A stretch of DNA of 22,258 nt. It comes from an uncultured Dehalococcoidia bacterium (GTDB lineage: Bacteria > Chloroflexota > Dehalococcoidia > Lucifugimonadales > UBA3495). The notes beneath the pieces are model-generated. The model did not search any database, was not told where the DNA came from, and was given only the letters and a program-made list of their open reading frames with translations. Shown here in pieces: positions 8,503 through 17,401 of this stretch. How positions within the stretch are numbered: position 1 is the stretch's first letter; each line of letters starts with the position of its first letter. The translations under genes were made by a program, and so were the position numbers. The stretch is taken from positions 1 through 22,258 of the forward strand of contig CATMOE010000058.1 of the NCBI GenBank assembly GCA_950072105.1. The letters run 5' to 3'.

Positions 8503-9243
8503 GTGGATGTGAAGGGCCTATTGCTATTGACGGCGCTTATGTTGCTCGCCATGGTAGCGCTAACGGCGTGCGTCAGTCTGACCGCGGAGGAAAAGACCTA
8601 CAAAGCTGCGGTGGAATTGCAGGGGCAAGGGAAGCTGAACGAAGCTATCGCCGAATACGGCAAGGTCCTGGAGCTGAACCCCCAGTCTGTCGAAGCTTAT
8701 GCCAACCGTGGTGGCGCTCGCGCCGATCTGGGCGAATATCAGATGGCCCTGCAGGATTACGGCCAGGCTCTGCTGCTCAACCCTGAGGACGCCAAAATGT
8801 ATCTCACTCGTGCTAATCTCCATAACGATCTAGGGGAGACTGACAAGGCCATCGAGGACTACAGCCAAGCGATACGGATCACGCCAACTTTCTCGGATTA
8901 CTACCACCGAAGGGCTAATATCTACGCCAAACTGGGCCAAGTAGACCTGGCCTTGGGAGACTACGCCGAGTCGATCCGCCTCAGTCCCACCTTCGCCGCA
9001 ATATATGTCGACCGGGGCAAGTTTTACGGCAACTTGAACCAACGTCAACGGGCCTTGGACGACTTGACGGAAGCGATCCGTCTTGACGGGAACTACAGAG
9101 AGGCTTATGCGCTACGCGCCGCGGAAAACGCCCATACTGGCAATGACGCCGCCGCCCAGCAAGACCTGGAACAAGCCGTAGGGCTTGGCTATGATCAAGC
9201 CCTTCTCGCAGATACGATTCAGCGGATTAGAGCCCTGCGTTAG
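8503..9243 (+). CDS. Tetratricopeptide repeat lipoprotein
   Basis: Hydrophobic signal peptide with lipobox LTAC, then about six 34-aa repeats (AYxNRG..A..DY..A..L.P). Confidence 0.88.
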   Translation: MDVKGLLLLTALMLLAMVALTACVSLTAEEKTYKAAVELQGQGKLNEAIAEYGKVLELNPQSVEAYANRGGARADLGEYQMALQDYGQALLLNPEDAKMYLTRANLHNDLGETDKAIEDYSQAIRITPTFSDYYHRRANIYAKLGQVDLALGDYAESIRLSPTFAAIYVDRGKFYGNLNQRQRALDDLTEAIRLDGNYREAYALRAAENAHTGNDAAAQQDLEQAVGLGYDQALLADTIQRIRALR

Positions 9244-9294
9244 TTGGGGCTTTGGCATGCCATCACCGTTAAATCGGAATATTGGCGAATCCGT

Positions 9295-10536
9295 GTGAAG
9301 CATACTTGGTTATTTACATTGGTTCTGCTTCCGGCCTGCGCCCTTATCCTCGCCGGTTGTCAGACCGGAAAAGTTCCGGAACGGCAGCAGGCGATTATTT
9401 CCCTGGACCAGCCGGTCAACCGGGACCCGGCCGCCGGCCGCCCTTTTCAAGACAGCGGCTCGATTCATGCCGCTCAGGGCAACCTTCAGCGATCCGTCGT
9501 GGATTTCGACGAAGCCATTCGGTTGGACCCGAAATTTGTGCAGGCATACTATTCCAGAGGGTTCGTGTATAACCGGTTGGGCCAGCCTCTTCGAGCCATC
9601 GAAGATTTCAAACGAGCAATCCTGCTAGACCCAGATGTGGCGGAGGGTTACCTCGGCAGAGGCGAAGCCCACGCCGCGCTGAAGCAAATACCCCAAGCCA
9701 TCGAGAATTACGGGGAGGCAATCAGGCGTGATCCCGATTCCTCCAGAGCCTATTACGGCCGGGGTAACGTTTACGCCGAGCTGGGCCGACCCCGGCTGGC
9801 CATACAGGACTGGGAGGACGCCACCCAGGCCGATAGTCAGTTCGCCCCGCCCTATCATCGCTTGGGCGAAGCCTATCGGGGCATGGCTCAACTCCAACGG
9901 GCCCTCACAACCCTGAATCATGCCCTCCGGCTTGACCCGGGCAATGCTCCCAGCCTCGCCAGCCGTGGCGCGGCTTACGCTCAGTTGGGCCAGTTCCAAC
10001 CAGCGGCCCGCGACCTGGATGAAGCCATCCTGCTGGACCCCGAACACGCCCAATCTCACAATAACCGGGCTTACATCGCCCTCAATCTGGGAAAGATCCA
10101 GCAGGCTATACAACACCTAAACACCGCCATCTCCCTGGATCCATTGGCGGGGCCGGCCTACACCAATAGGGGATATGCCTACCACCGATCGGGACGCTAC
10201 CAACAGGCCGTTCAGGACCTTGACCAAGCGGTGGGATTGATCACGGAAGACATTACAGCCTACCGCCGATGGGGCCTGGCCTACGACGGCTGGGAACAGT
10301 ATCGCCGGCCCAGGGAAGACTTCGACGAGGCTATCCTTATTGTACCGTGGATTGGTGGGGTGTACGCTGTGCGTGGGGTTGCCAACGCCCTGTTGGGAAG
10401 AGACTCAGCCTCCCTCCGCGACATCGACCTAGCGGCCCAAAGAGGATTAGACCGGAGACTGGTGGAGCGGGCCATAAGGCTGGAGCGGTCAAAAGCAGGA
10501 AATCAGGGCCTAGGGGCTAGTAACTCTCCAGGCTGA
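9295..10536 (+). CDS. Tetratricopeptide repeat lipoprotein (about 9-10 repeats)
   Basis: Probable GTG start at 9295 gives a signal peptide ending in lipobox LAGC. Repeats such as AYYSRG...AIEDF..AI.LDP follow. Confidence 0.85.
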   Translation: MKHTWLFTLVLLPACALILAGCQTGKVPERQQAIISLDQPVNRDPAAGRPFQDSGSIHAAQGNLQRSVVDFDEAIRLDPKFVQAYYSRGFVYNRLGQPLRAIEDFKRAILLDPDVAEGYLGRGEAHAALKQIPQAIENYGEAIRRDPDSSRAYYGRGNVYAELGRPRLAIQDWEDATQADSQFAPPYHRLGEAYRGMAQLQRALTTLNHALRLDPGNAPSLASRGAAYAQLGQFQPAARDLDEAILLDPEHAQSHNNRAYIALNLGKIQQAIQHLNTAISLDPLAGPAYTNRGYAYHRSGRYQQAVQDLDQAVGLITEDITAYRRWGLAYDGWEQYRRPREDFDEAILIVPWIGGVYAVRGVANALLGRDSASLRDIDLAAQRGLDRRLVERAIRLERSKAGNQGLGASNSPG

Positions 10537-10554
10537 TTGAAAGGACCTAACGAT

Positions 10555-11796
10555 ATGACTCAACCTACCGTCGATGGCGCCCGGTTAAACCGCACCCTGC
10601 AAGAGTTGGGCCGGTTCGGCGACTCGCCCCAGGGTATGCAGCGTATCGCGTTTTCTCCGGACGACGTAGCCGGCCGCCGTTACATCATGTCATTGATGAG
10701 CCAGGCCGGATTGGATATCCGCATCGACGCCGGGGGCAACATCATCGCCCGGAAAGAAGGGTCCGTGGCCGGATTGCCCGCCATCGGCATGGGGTCTCAC
10801 GCCGACACCGTCCCCAGCGGAGGCAAGTACGACGGCGCCTTGGGAGTAATGGCCGCCCTGGAGTGCGCGCAGACTTTGGCCGACAATCACCTAACACTAC
10901 GGCACCCGGTGGAGGTGATGGTCTTCACCAACGAAGAGGGCACCCGCTTTCACCGTTGGCTGCTCGGCAGCCGAGCCATGTCGGGGCTATTGCTGCCGGA
11001 AGACCTTGCCGCCGTCGACGATGAAGGAGTCACCTTGGCCAGCAGGATGTCCGACATCGGGGGAGACCTTTCCCGCGTTGACGAAGCCCAACGGGCGGCG
11101 GGAGAGCTAGCCGCCTTCTTCGAACTCCACATCGAGCAAGGCCCCACCCTATATCAGACCGGCACCCCCATCGGCGTTGTGACCGGCATTACCGGCCGGG
11201 CCCTGTTTGAAGTGGAGATCGACGGGATGGCCAACCACGCCGGCACCACACCAATGGCGGACCGGCACGACGCTCTTGTAAGCGCCTCCCGCCTGGTGTT
11301 GGCGGTCCAGCGCATGGCGGCTGAAGATGAAATATGCCGGGTGGCCACTACCGGGGCGATAGAAGCTCATCCCAACGCCGCCAACGTCATCCCCGGCAAA
11401 GCCCGCATCAGCGTGGAGTTCCGGGACGTGTCAATGGATGCTCTTTCCGCCGCCGAAACCGAGCTACGCCGCGCTGTGGAACGGGTGTCGTCGGACGAAG
11501 GAGTAACGATGCAGATCCATCGCCAAAGATTCACATCGGCGGTCCCCATAGCCGATTCGATGCAAGCGATGGTGGAAGAAGCTGCCGGCCGGTCAAGCTT
11601 GGAGTCACAGCGGCTGCCCAGCGGCGCCGGCCACGACGCCCAGGCTCTTGCCCAGATCGCCGAAATGGCGATGATTTTCGTGCCCAGCGTCAACGGCATC
11701 AGCCACTCGCCCGAGGAATTCACCACCCCTGAGGACTGCGCCAACGGCGCACAGACCCTGCTCAATCTGCTCACCCTGGCCGACGAAAGATTTTAG
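10555..11796 (+). CDS. Zn-dependent M20 amidohydrolase (allantoate amidohydrolase / N-carbamoyl-L-amino acid hydrolase family)
   Basis: Motifs GSHADTVPSGGKYDG, NEEGTRF, ELHIEQG, NHAGTTPM, SGAGHDA and SHSPEE. ATG at 10555 follows AAAGGA. Confidence 0.93.
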   Translation: MTQPTVDGARLNRTLQELGRFGDSPQGMQRIAFSPDDVAGRRYIMSLMSQAGLDIRIDAGGNIIARKEGSVAGLPAIGMGSHADTVPSGGKYDGALGVMAALECAQTLADNHLTLRHPVEVMVFTNEEGTRFHRWLLGSRAMSGLLLPEDLAAVDDEGVTLASRMSDIGGDLSRVDEAQRAAGELAAFFELHIEQGPTLYQTGTPIGVVTGITGRALFEVEIDGMANHAGTTPMADRHDALVSASRLVLAVQRMAAEDEICRVATTGAIEAHPNAANVIPGKARISVEFRDVSMDALSAAETELRRAVERVSSDEGVTMQIHRQRFTSAVPIADSMQAMVEEAAGRSSLESQRLPSGAGHDAQALAQIAEMAMIFVPSVNGISHSPEEFTTPEDCANGAQTLLNLLTLADERF

Positions 11797-11817
11797 CCAT
11801 TTCCAGACAGGAGATTT

Positions 11818-12252
11818 ATGAAACTCACCGGAAGTTATGAGGTTGCCGCCACCGCCGAGAAAGTGTGGAATGCCTTGACCGACCCCGTGTCCTTGTCCGG
11901 CTGCATCCCCGGTTGTGACGGATTGGAGCCGGTTGGACAGGACGATTACACGGCAACGATGACGGTGGGCGTTGGCCCGGTAAAGGGAACCTACAACGCC
12001 AAGATATCCATGCTCGACAAGGACCCTAACCGGTCGTTCCGGCTAGTGATCGAGGGTAGCGGAAACATGGGTTTCGTGAATGGTGAGGCCACCATTACCC
12101 TGGACGAGCAAGAAGGCCTAACCACCATCGGCGTGGACAGCGACGCTCAGATCGGCGGTCCGGTCGCCCGCGTAGGTCAACGCCTGATGGAGAGCGTAGG
12201 CAGGATGATCATGGACAACTTCTTCAAATGTCTCCGGGAATCCATAGAGTAG
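11818..12252 (+). CDS. coxG: CoxG-like SRPBCC/START-fold protein
   Basis: Motifs VWNALTDP..L..CIPGC, VGVGPVKGTY and IGGPVARVGQRL. AGGAG RBS upstream. Confidence 0.85.
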   Translation: MKLTGSYEVAATAEKVWNALTDPVSLSGCIPGCDGLEPVGQDDYTATMTVGVGPVKGTYNAKISMLDKDPNRSFRLVIEGSGNMGFVNGEATITLDEQEGLTTIGVDSDAQIGGPVARVGQRLMESVGRMIMDNFFKCLRESIE

Positions 12253-12359
12253 AAGGGTTCGCCCGGACTGCCGGACCGAACGCTTCCAAATCCTAGATCA
12301 ACTGACCTTGATCGATCCATAGGCAACCCTCGGCTAAGGCAACGGGTATCGGCCGATTT

Positions 12360-13091
12360 ATGGATGAAACTGGAACAAACCTCGTGAAGCTCAGCGGGGT
12401 GTGCGCCATCCTATATGGCGTCACATGGGTCGCATGGCTGGTTGTCTCCGCGGTCGCCACACCCTGGGACCCCGGCGACATGGGACCGTACCTTTTACAA
12501 GTAAACGCCGACCCAACGGCCTACTTAGTCGCCAACTGGCTGGCAGTCATCAGCCACGTCGTAGGGTTGCCCGTCGCCCTGGGGTTTTACCAAGTGCTTC
12601 GCCGGTGGGGCGCAATGCTGTGGGTTGGGGTACTAGCGTTGGTTTTGGGGAGTCTCTTTTTTATCGCCGCCAATATCATGTTTAGGGCGTTTGCTTATGA
12701 ACTGGGGTCTCGCTACGTGGCGGCAAGTGAAGCCACCAGGCCCGCCCTGGAGGTTCTGGCCAGCACCCTGTACCAAACAGGATTGTTTCTGGATCTTATC
12801 GCCCACGAACTCTTCTTCAGCATCGGAATCGGGCTCTTTTCTCTCGCCATCTTTCGGACATCAGTGGCGCCCAAGTGGGTCGGGTGGTTCGGTATGTTCG
12901 GAGCCGTCGCCGCGGGTGGTTTCAGTCTCCTGACTCTGCCCATCATCGTGGGATGGATCGTCGCTCCGGAACCGGTGGTTGTCCTGGCCAGCGGGGTCAT
13001 GATCGTTGGAATGCTCGCCGCCTATGGATGGATAGTAGTCATGGGGATAGTTCTGCTGAGGCAGCGGGAGCCGGTCACACTGGCCACGTGA
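12360..13091 (+). CDS. Multi-pass membrane protein, DUF4386-like
   Basis: About six hydrophobic segments and a PKWVGWFG motif near the C-terminus. The family call is by resemblance only. Confidence 0.6.
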   Translation: MDETGTNLVKLSGVCAILYGVTWVAWLVVSAVATPWDPGDMGPYLLQVNADPTAYLVANWLAVISHVVGLPVALGFYQVLRRWGAMLWVGVLALVLGSLFFIAANIMFRAFAYELGSRYVAASEATRPALEVLASTLYQTGLFLDLIAHELFFSIGIGLFSLAIFRTSVAPKWVGWFGMFGAVAAGGFSLLTLPIIVGWIVAPEPVVVLASGVMIVGMLAAYGWIVVMGIVLLRQREPVTLAT

Positions 13092-13193
13092 GCATAGATT
13101 CACGTCCTATGCCCACTCGATTCGTCAAAGCCGGCCACCGCCCACTCTGAACCGCTCCTGTTGCGTGAGCAGAACACTAGCGCCGACAGAAAC

Positions 13194-13418
13194 CTAAGGG
13201 AAAAGAGTCTCCCCGGTCTCGTCGTCAATCACGGTTATGGCGCTAACCGGACAGTCTTGCGCCGCCTCCATAATGTTCTCTTCCGTGTCAGCGTTTGGGT
13301 CCGCTACGGTGGACTGCCGGTCGTCGTTGAGAACAAACACCTTGGGCGCGTAGGTTTCGCACATGGCGTTTCCTACACAGATGTCGAGGTCAACGGAAAC
13401 TCTAAGCTTTCGTGGCAT
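13194..13418 (-). CDS. Single-cluster ferredoxin, probably [3Fe-4S], P450-associated
   Basis: CVGNAMC...CPVSAI (CxxNxxC-CP). Starts 9 nt after the P450 stop codon. Confidence 0.92.
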   Translation of the reverse strand: MPRKLRVSVDLDICVGNAMCETYAPKVFVLNDDRQSTVADPNADTEENIMEAAQDCPVSAITVIDDETGETLFP

Positions 13419-13427
13419 TGCTACTCT

Positions 13428-14663
13428 CTATTTCAGCGAAACCGGCAGGCTCTTCAAGGAGCGGAAGGTGACGCTGGGCTGATACTCGTAATCATCGGTT
13501 TCCAGGCTTATGGAGTCGTACCTCTCGGCTAGGGCCTTGAAGGCTTCTTGGGCCTCCATTCTCGCCAGCGTCGCGCCAAGGCAGTGGTGGATACCGGACC
13601 CGAAGGCCACGTGGGTGTTGGGCCAACGGCTGATATCGAATGTGTCGGGATTCTCGTGCTTGGCCGGGTCGCGGTTGGCGCTGGACATGAACCACCGGAT
13701 GCGGTCTCCCTCTTTTAACAACTTCCCGCCCAACTCCACGTCTTCCGACGCGATGCGCTGGATCGACTTCACCGGCGGATCGTAGCGCAAACACTCCTCC
13801 GTGGCCCTTACAATGGTATCAGGGTCCTGGAACGGCGCGTCTTTCAACAGCTTCCACTGGTCTGGATGCTGCGTAAAGGCCAGGGTGCCGTTGCAGATAA
13901 GATTGATCGTAGTCTCGTGTCCGGCCAGAAGAAGCAGGATGGCGTCGGCTATCACCTCGTCCCTGGTTAGGGCGCCAGTTTTCTCACCGCTGGCCAACAC
14001 CGAGAGAAGGTCATTCTCGTCGACCGGTAGGGCCACCTTCTGGGCCACCAAGGGAGACAAGTATTCCATCAGCTCTTTGATTCCATCGGTTAGGGGCTGC
14101 ATCCGGTCCGCCTCCCCCCTTCCGATGAAAAGAAGCTTCTCGGCCATGGAGCGGATGAATTTCCGGTCCTCAAAAGGCATCCCCATCATCTGTGCGATGA
14201 CAAAGAGGGGCAGCGGAGTGGCAAAGTCCTTCATGACATCCATCCGCCCGTTCTGATCGGCCTCATCAAGCATATCTTTGACCACTTTCTGGACCATCGG
14301 GCGCCACGTTTCCATGGAGGCTGGGTTAAACCACTTGTGCACCACCTTTCGTTGATCCGTGTGCACCGGCCTATCCTGCTGGATGAACCACTTCATGAAG
14401 AACTCCCTCATGAATTGGTATAAGCCGAGGTCAGATTCGTCGATCGCCGGATAGGGCGATCTTTTGTCCCTAGACCAGAACTCTGAGGAAAACAACTCGT
14501 GATGCCTGGTCATCCAGACCAAGTCATCGTGTCGGGTGATTACCCAGAGCTCGTACTTCTCATTCCAATGGACAGGGTCTTCGTCCCTGATCCGACCGTA
14601 GTAGGAGTAAGGGTCGGCGATGGCCTCACCGCTAAACATCTCATCGCTGATAGCAGTAACCAT
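13428..14663 (-). CDS. Cytochrome P450
   Basis: I-helix AGHETT, K-helix EECLR, ANRDP and heme motif FGSGIHHCLG. Confidence 0.97.
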   Translation of the reverse strand: MVTAISDEMFSGEAIADPYSYYGRIRDEDPVHWNEKYELWVITRHDDLVWMTRHHELFSSEFWSRDKRSPYPAIDESDLGLYQFMREFFMKWFIQQDRPVHTDQRKVVHKWFNPASMETWRPMVQKVVKDMLDEADQNGRMDVMKDFATPLPLFVIAQMMGMPFEDRKFIRSMAEKLLFIGRGEADRMQPLTDGIKELMEYLSPLVAQKVALPVDENDLLSVLASGEKTGALTRDEVIADAILLLLAGHETTINLICNGTLAFTQHPDQWKLLKDAPFQDPDTIVRATEECLRYDPPVKSIQRIASEDVELGGKLLKEGDRIRWFMSSANRDPAKHENPDTFDISRWPNTHVAFGSGIHHCLGATLARMEAQEAFKALAERYDSISLETDDYEYQPSVTFRSLKSLPVSLK

Positions 14664-14692
14664 AACGTCTCCACATCTCTGAATTTTGCTCG

Positions 14693-14721
14693 AATCTAAT
14701 ACTATAGCCGCCTGATGTCAA
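14693..14721 (-). promoter_or_regulatory. sigma70-type promoter for the P450-ferredoxin operon
   Basis: TTGACA, 17 nt, TAGATT, about 30 nt upstream of the ATG. Confidence 0.65.
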
Positions 14722-15101
14722 TGGTGATCTAGCTACATCATGTCTCGATAGACTAGGATACGTCGAACAGATCTTTACGGCTACTGCTGTTCCGATGCCC
14801 CGGCAACCCCATGGAAATCGTGGCAGTGGGTACGACGCTGATGCCCCATCTCGCGATCCCGGACCTCCTACCGGAGAGTACTTTTCCCCATGGCCCCTAC
14901 GGATGTAAGATGCAATGGGTCAAAAAGTATTTCATTCTGATGGAGTGAACGGGACGCCATTGCTCCACAGAACGAGCGTCCAACTGGCTAGACAATACTG
15001 GCGGCGGCTGTCTAAACATAGTAAAGCTGCCGCCAAATCACGGCGCTTCGTTCTCACGGTTATATGCATGATGGCGCCGAATCAAAAGAATAGGACGGAA
15101 C

Positions 15102-16265
15102 ATGCCAACAGCACCACACGACACCGAATATTATCTTGATACCGCCCGCGAATTGGCCTCCCGCGTGGCGCCTAAAGTCGACATTATAGAAGCTGAACGC
15201 CAACTACCCACCGAACTCGCTAACGAGATTGCCGACAAGGGTTTCTTCCGCCTCCTCATTCCTCGTTCGATGGGTGGAGCGGAACTGGACCATCCGACAT
15301 TCCGCAAGATACTTGAGATATTCGCCGCCGTTGATGGCAGCACCGCTTGGGCAATCAACCAGAACAATGTGTTCGCCACCGATGTGATGCGGATGCCAGA
15401 GCAGATCGCTCATGAGATTTGGGATGAAAGACGAGCCGTTGTAACCAACGGCCCCCCTACCAGATCCGCCAAGGCCGTTACCGTGGACGGCGGATACAGG
15501 CTGAGCGGACTGTGGAACTTCAGTAGCGGCTTCGACCACGCCACCTGGATCGCAGCCCTGGTTCCCGTTTGGAGCCAAGGACAAACCGCTCCCACCGGCA
15601 GGGAAAACTTCCGCTTGATGCTTCTGCCGAAAAATGAAGTGACTTTCGTAGACCAATGGCATGTCAACGGGATGCGAGGCACCGCAAGTTTTAGCTTCGA
15701 GTTGAATGACATCTTTGTTCCCGAGACCCGAACGTATGCCCAAACTGACCCCGTGCGGTCAGATAGCCCCGTCTACGTTATTCCTAGAGGGCTGCTATTC
15801 GGCTCAGGCTTCGCCACCGTGGCTCTGGGCATCGCCCGCGCCAGCTTGGGCACGGTGATTGACCTAGCCGCAAACAAGACGCCGGTCCGAGCCAACACGT
15901 TGGTGCAAGATCTCTCCACTACCCACCGGCTCATCGGAGAAGCGGAAGCCATCTGGCGCTCAGCCCGGGCGTATCTCCAAGAATGCGCCTCCGCAGTTTG
16001 GGAAGGCTCATGCAAGAATGGCGCACTGACGCCGGAGGAGCGCATCCAGTTACGCCTTGCCAGCACGTACGCAATTCGAAGCGCGGCCCAGACCGTAGAT
16101 ATATCCTATAACCTTAGTGGATCGGACGCGATCTTCACGCCTAATGCGATCCACCGTTATTTCCAGGACATCCACGTCATAACCCAACATGCCCAAGGGC
16201 GTCCCGTCCACTTGGAAACCGCGGGCCGGTTCTTGCTAGGCCTGAATCCCGATGGCAATCTGTAG
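15102..16265 (+). CDS. Group D flavin-dependent monooxygenase, oxygenase component (acyl-CoA dehydrogenase fold; HsaA/IacA/C2-HpaH-like)
   Basis: Motifs AERQLP, DGSTAW, GGYRLSGLWNFSSG, WHVNGMRGTAS and RYFQDIHVITQH. Confidence 0.88.
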   Translation: MPTAPHDTEYYLDTARELASRVAPKVDIIEAERQLPTELANEIADKGFFRLLIPRSMGGAELDHPTFRKILEIFAAVDGSTAWAINQNNVFATDVMRMPEQIAHEIWDERRAVVTNGPPTRSAKAVTVDGGYRLSGLWNFSSGFDHATWIAALVPVWSQGQTAPTGRENFRLMLLPKNEVTFVDQWHVNGMRGTASFSFELNDIFVPETRTYAQTDPVRSDSPVYVIPRGLLFGSGFATVALGIARASLGTVIDLAANKTPVRANTLVQDLSTTHRLIGEAEAIWRSARAYLQECASAVWEGSCKNGALTPEERIQLRLASTYAIRSAAQTVDISYNLSGSDAIFTPNAIHRYFQDIHVITQHAQGRPVHLETAGRFLLGLNPDGNL

Positions 16266-16298
16266 AAAGTAGCAATCTGACTGTCAGGAGTAGCGATA

Positions 16299-17225
16299 AT
16301 GGAACGGAGAATACCAACGAAAGAAGAGGTTCTGGCTTATCTGGAAAAGGACCGGAATTGGGGGCGTTGGGGCGACGACGACCAGGTTGGAGCGGTCAAT
16401 ATGATCACTCCGGAAAAACGCGCCGCCGCTGCCCGGTTGGTCAAATCCGGCCGCGCCGTGTCGTTGAGCCGCGAGTTCCCGAAAACCCCGGCGCCAAACA
16501 ATCCTACCCCGGCCATCCACTTCATGAAGCGCGGCGCCAAAGACACGGGCGGCTCCGCCACCGATTTCTACGGCATCTCCTATCACGGCCAAGCGACCAC
16601 CCACTTGGATGCTCTGTGCCACGTCTGGGACCACAACGGGATGTGGAACGGACGCAACCCCGACGACGTCATAACCTTTGACGGTGCAACTTGGGGGTCG
16701 GTGGAGCACTGGAAGGAAGGAATCATTACCCGGGGAGTGCTTTTGGACGTTCCCAAGTTCCGGGGGCAGCCCTTCGTTAAATTGGACGAGCCCATCCACG
16801 GATGGGACCTGGAGGACGTCGCCAAGTCTCAAGGGATCACCATGGAGCCGGGTGACGCGTTAATCGTCTATGGCGGCCGGGACGCTTGGAACGAGGTCAA
16901 TCCACAGTGGGGGTCTCCTCCAGCGCCCGGCCAGCCCCGCCAACGAGCGGGCCTGCACGCTTCATGCCTCAAGTTCATCCGGGAGTCGGACTGCTCCCTG
17001 CTGGTCTGGGACATGATGGATTTCGAGCCCAATGGATACGACATTCCCTGGTCGGTGCACGGCTCAATCTTCGCCTACGGCATCGGGCTGTTGGACAACG
17101 CGCTGCTGCAACCACTAGCTGAGGCCTGCGCCGAGGAGGGCCGTTACGAGTTCATGCTCACCGTGAATCCGCTTCGTGTCGTAGGAGGAACCGGCTCCCC
17201 GGTTAATCCAATAGCGCTGTTTTGA
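16299..17225 (+). CDS. Cyclase family metal-dependent hydrolase (kynurenine formamidase / isatin hydrolase superfamily)
   Basis: Motifs NWGRWGDDDQVG, HGQATTHLDALCH, ITRGVLLD and GGTGSPVNPIA. AGGAG RBS upstream. Confidence 0.9.
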   Translation: MERRIPTKEEVLAYLEKDRNWGRWGDDDQVGAVNMITPEKRAAAARLVKSGRAVSLSREFPKTPAPNNPTPAIHFMKRGAKDTGGSATDFYGISYHGQATTHLDALCHVWDHNGMWNGRNPDDVITFDGATWGSVEHWKEGIITRGVLLDVPKFRGQPFVKLDEPIHGWDLEDVAKSQGITMEPGDALIVYGGRDAWNEVNPQWGSPPAPGQPRQRAGLHASCLKFIRESDCSLLVWDMMDFEPNGYDIPWSVHGSIFAYGIGLLDNALLQPLAEACAEEGRYEFMLTVNPLRVVGGTGSPVNPIALF

Positions 17226-17303
17226 GGGAGAGTTCGCCTGGGTGAGTCCACTACCCCAGACCTAGACGAGGGCCACGATTCCCAGTGTACCCCCCCGCCG
17301 GGC

Positions 17304-17337
17304 CAACAAAAAAGCAGAGACGAATTTGCCTCTGCTT
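17304..17337 (-). terminator. Intrinsic terminator of the ABC permease operon
   Basis: Minus strand AAGCAGAGGC-AAATTC-GTCTCTGCTT followed by TTTTGTT. Confidence 0.78.
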
Positions 17338-17401
17338 AATTTTCTCCCTGTTCAAACCTGCGGCCATCGTAACCGCAGCCACTAGCTAATCAGACAACTC
17401 T

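Noticed and set aside
8503..11796. Three ORFs abutting in the same frame (TAG at 9241, TGA at 10534), suggesting stop-codon readthrough or Pyl/Sec recoding
   Set aside because: The abutment comes from the ORF caller choosing the first TTG. Better starts exist at 9295 (own signal peptide) and 10555 (own RBS), each protein is complete, and a shared frame is easily chance.
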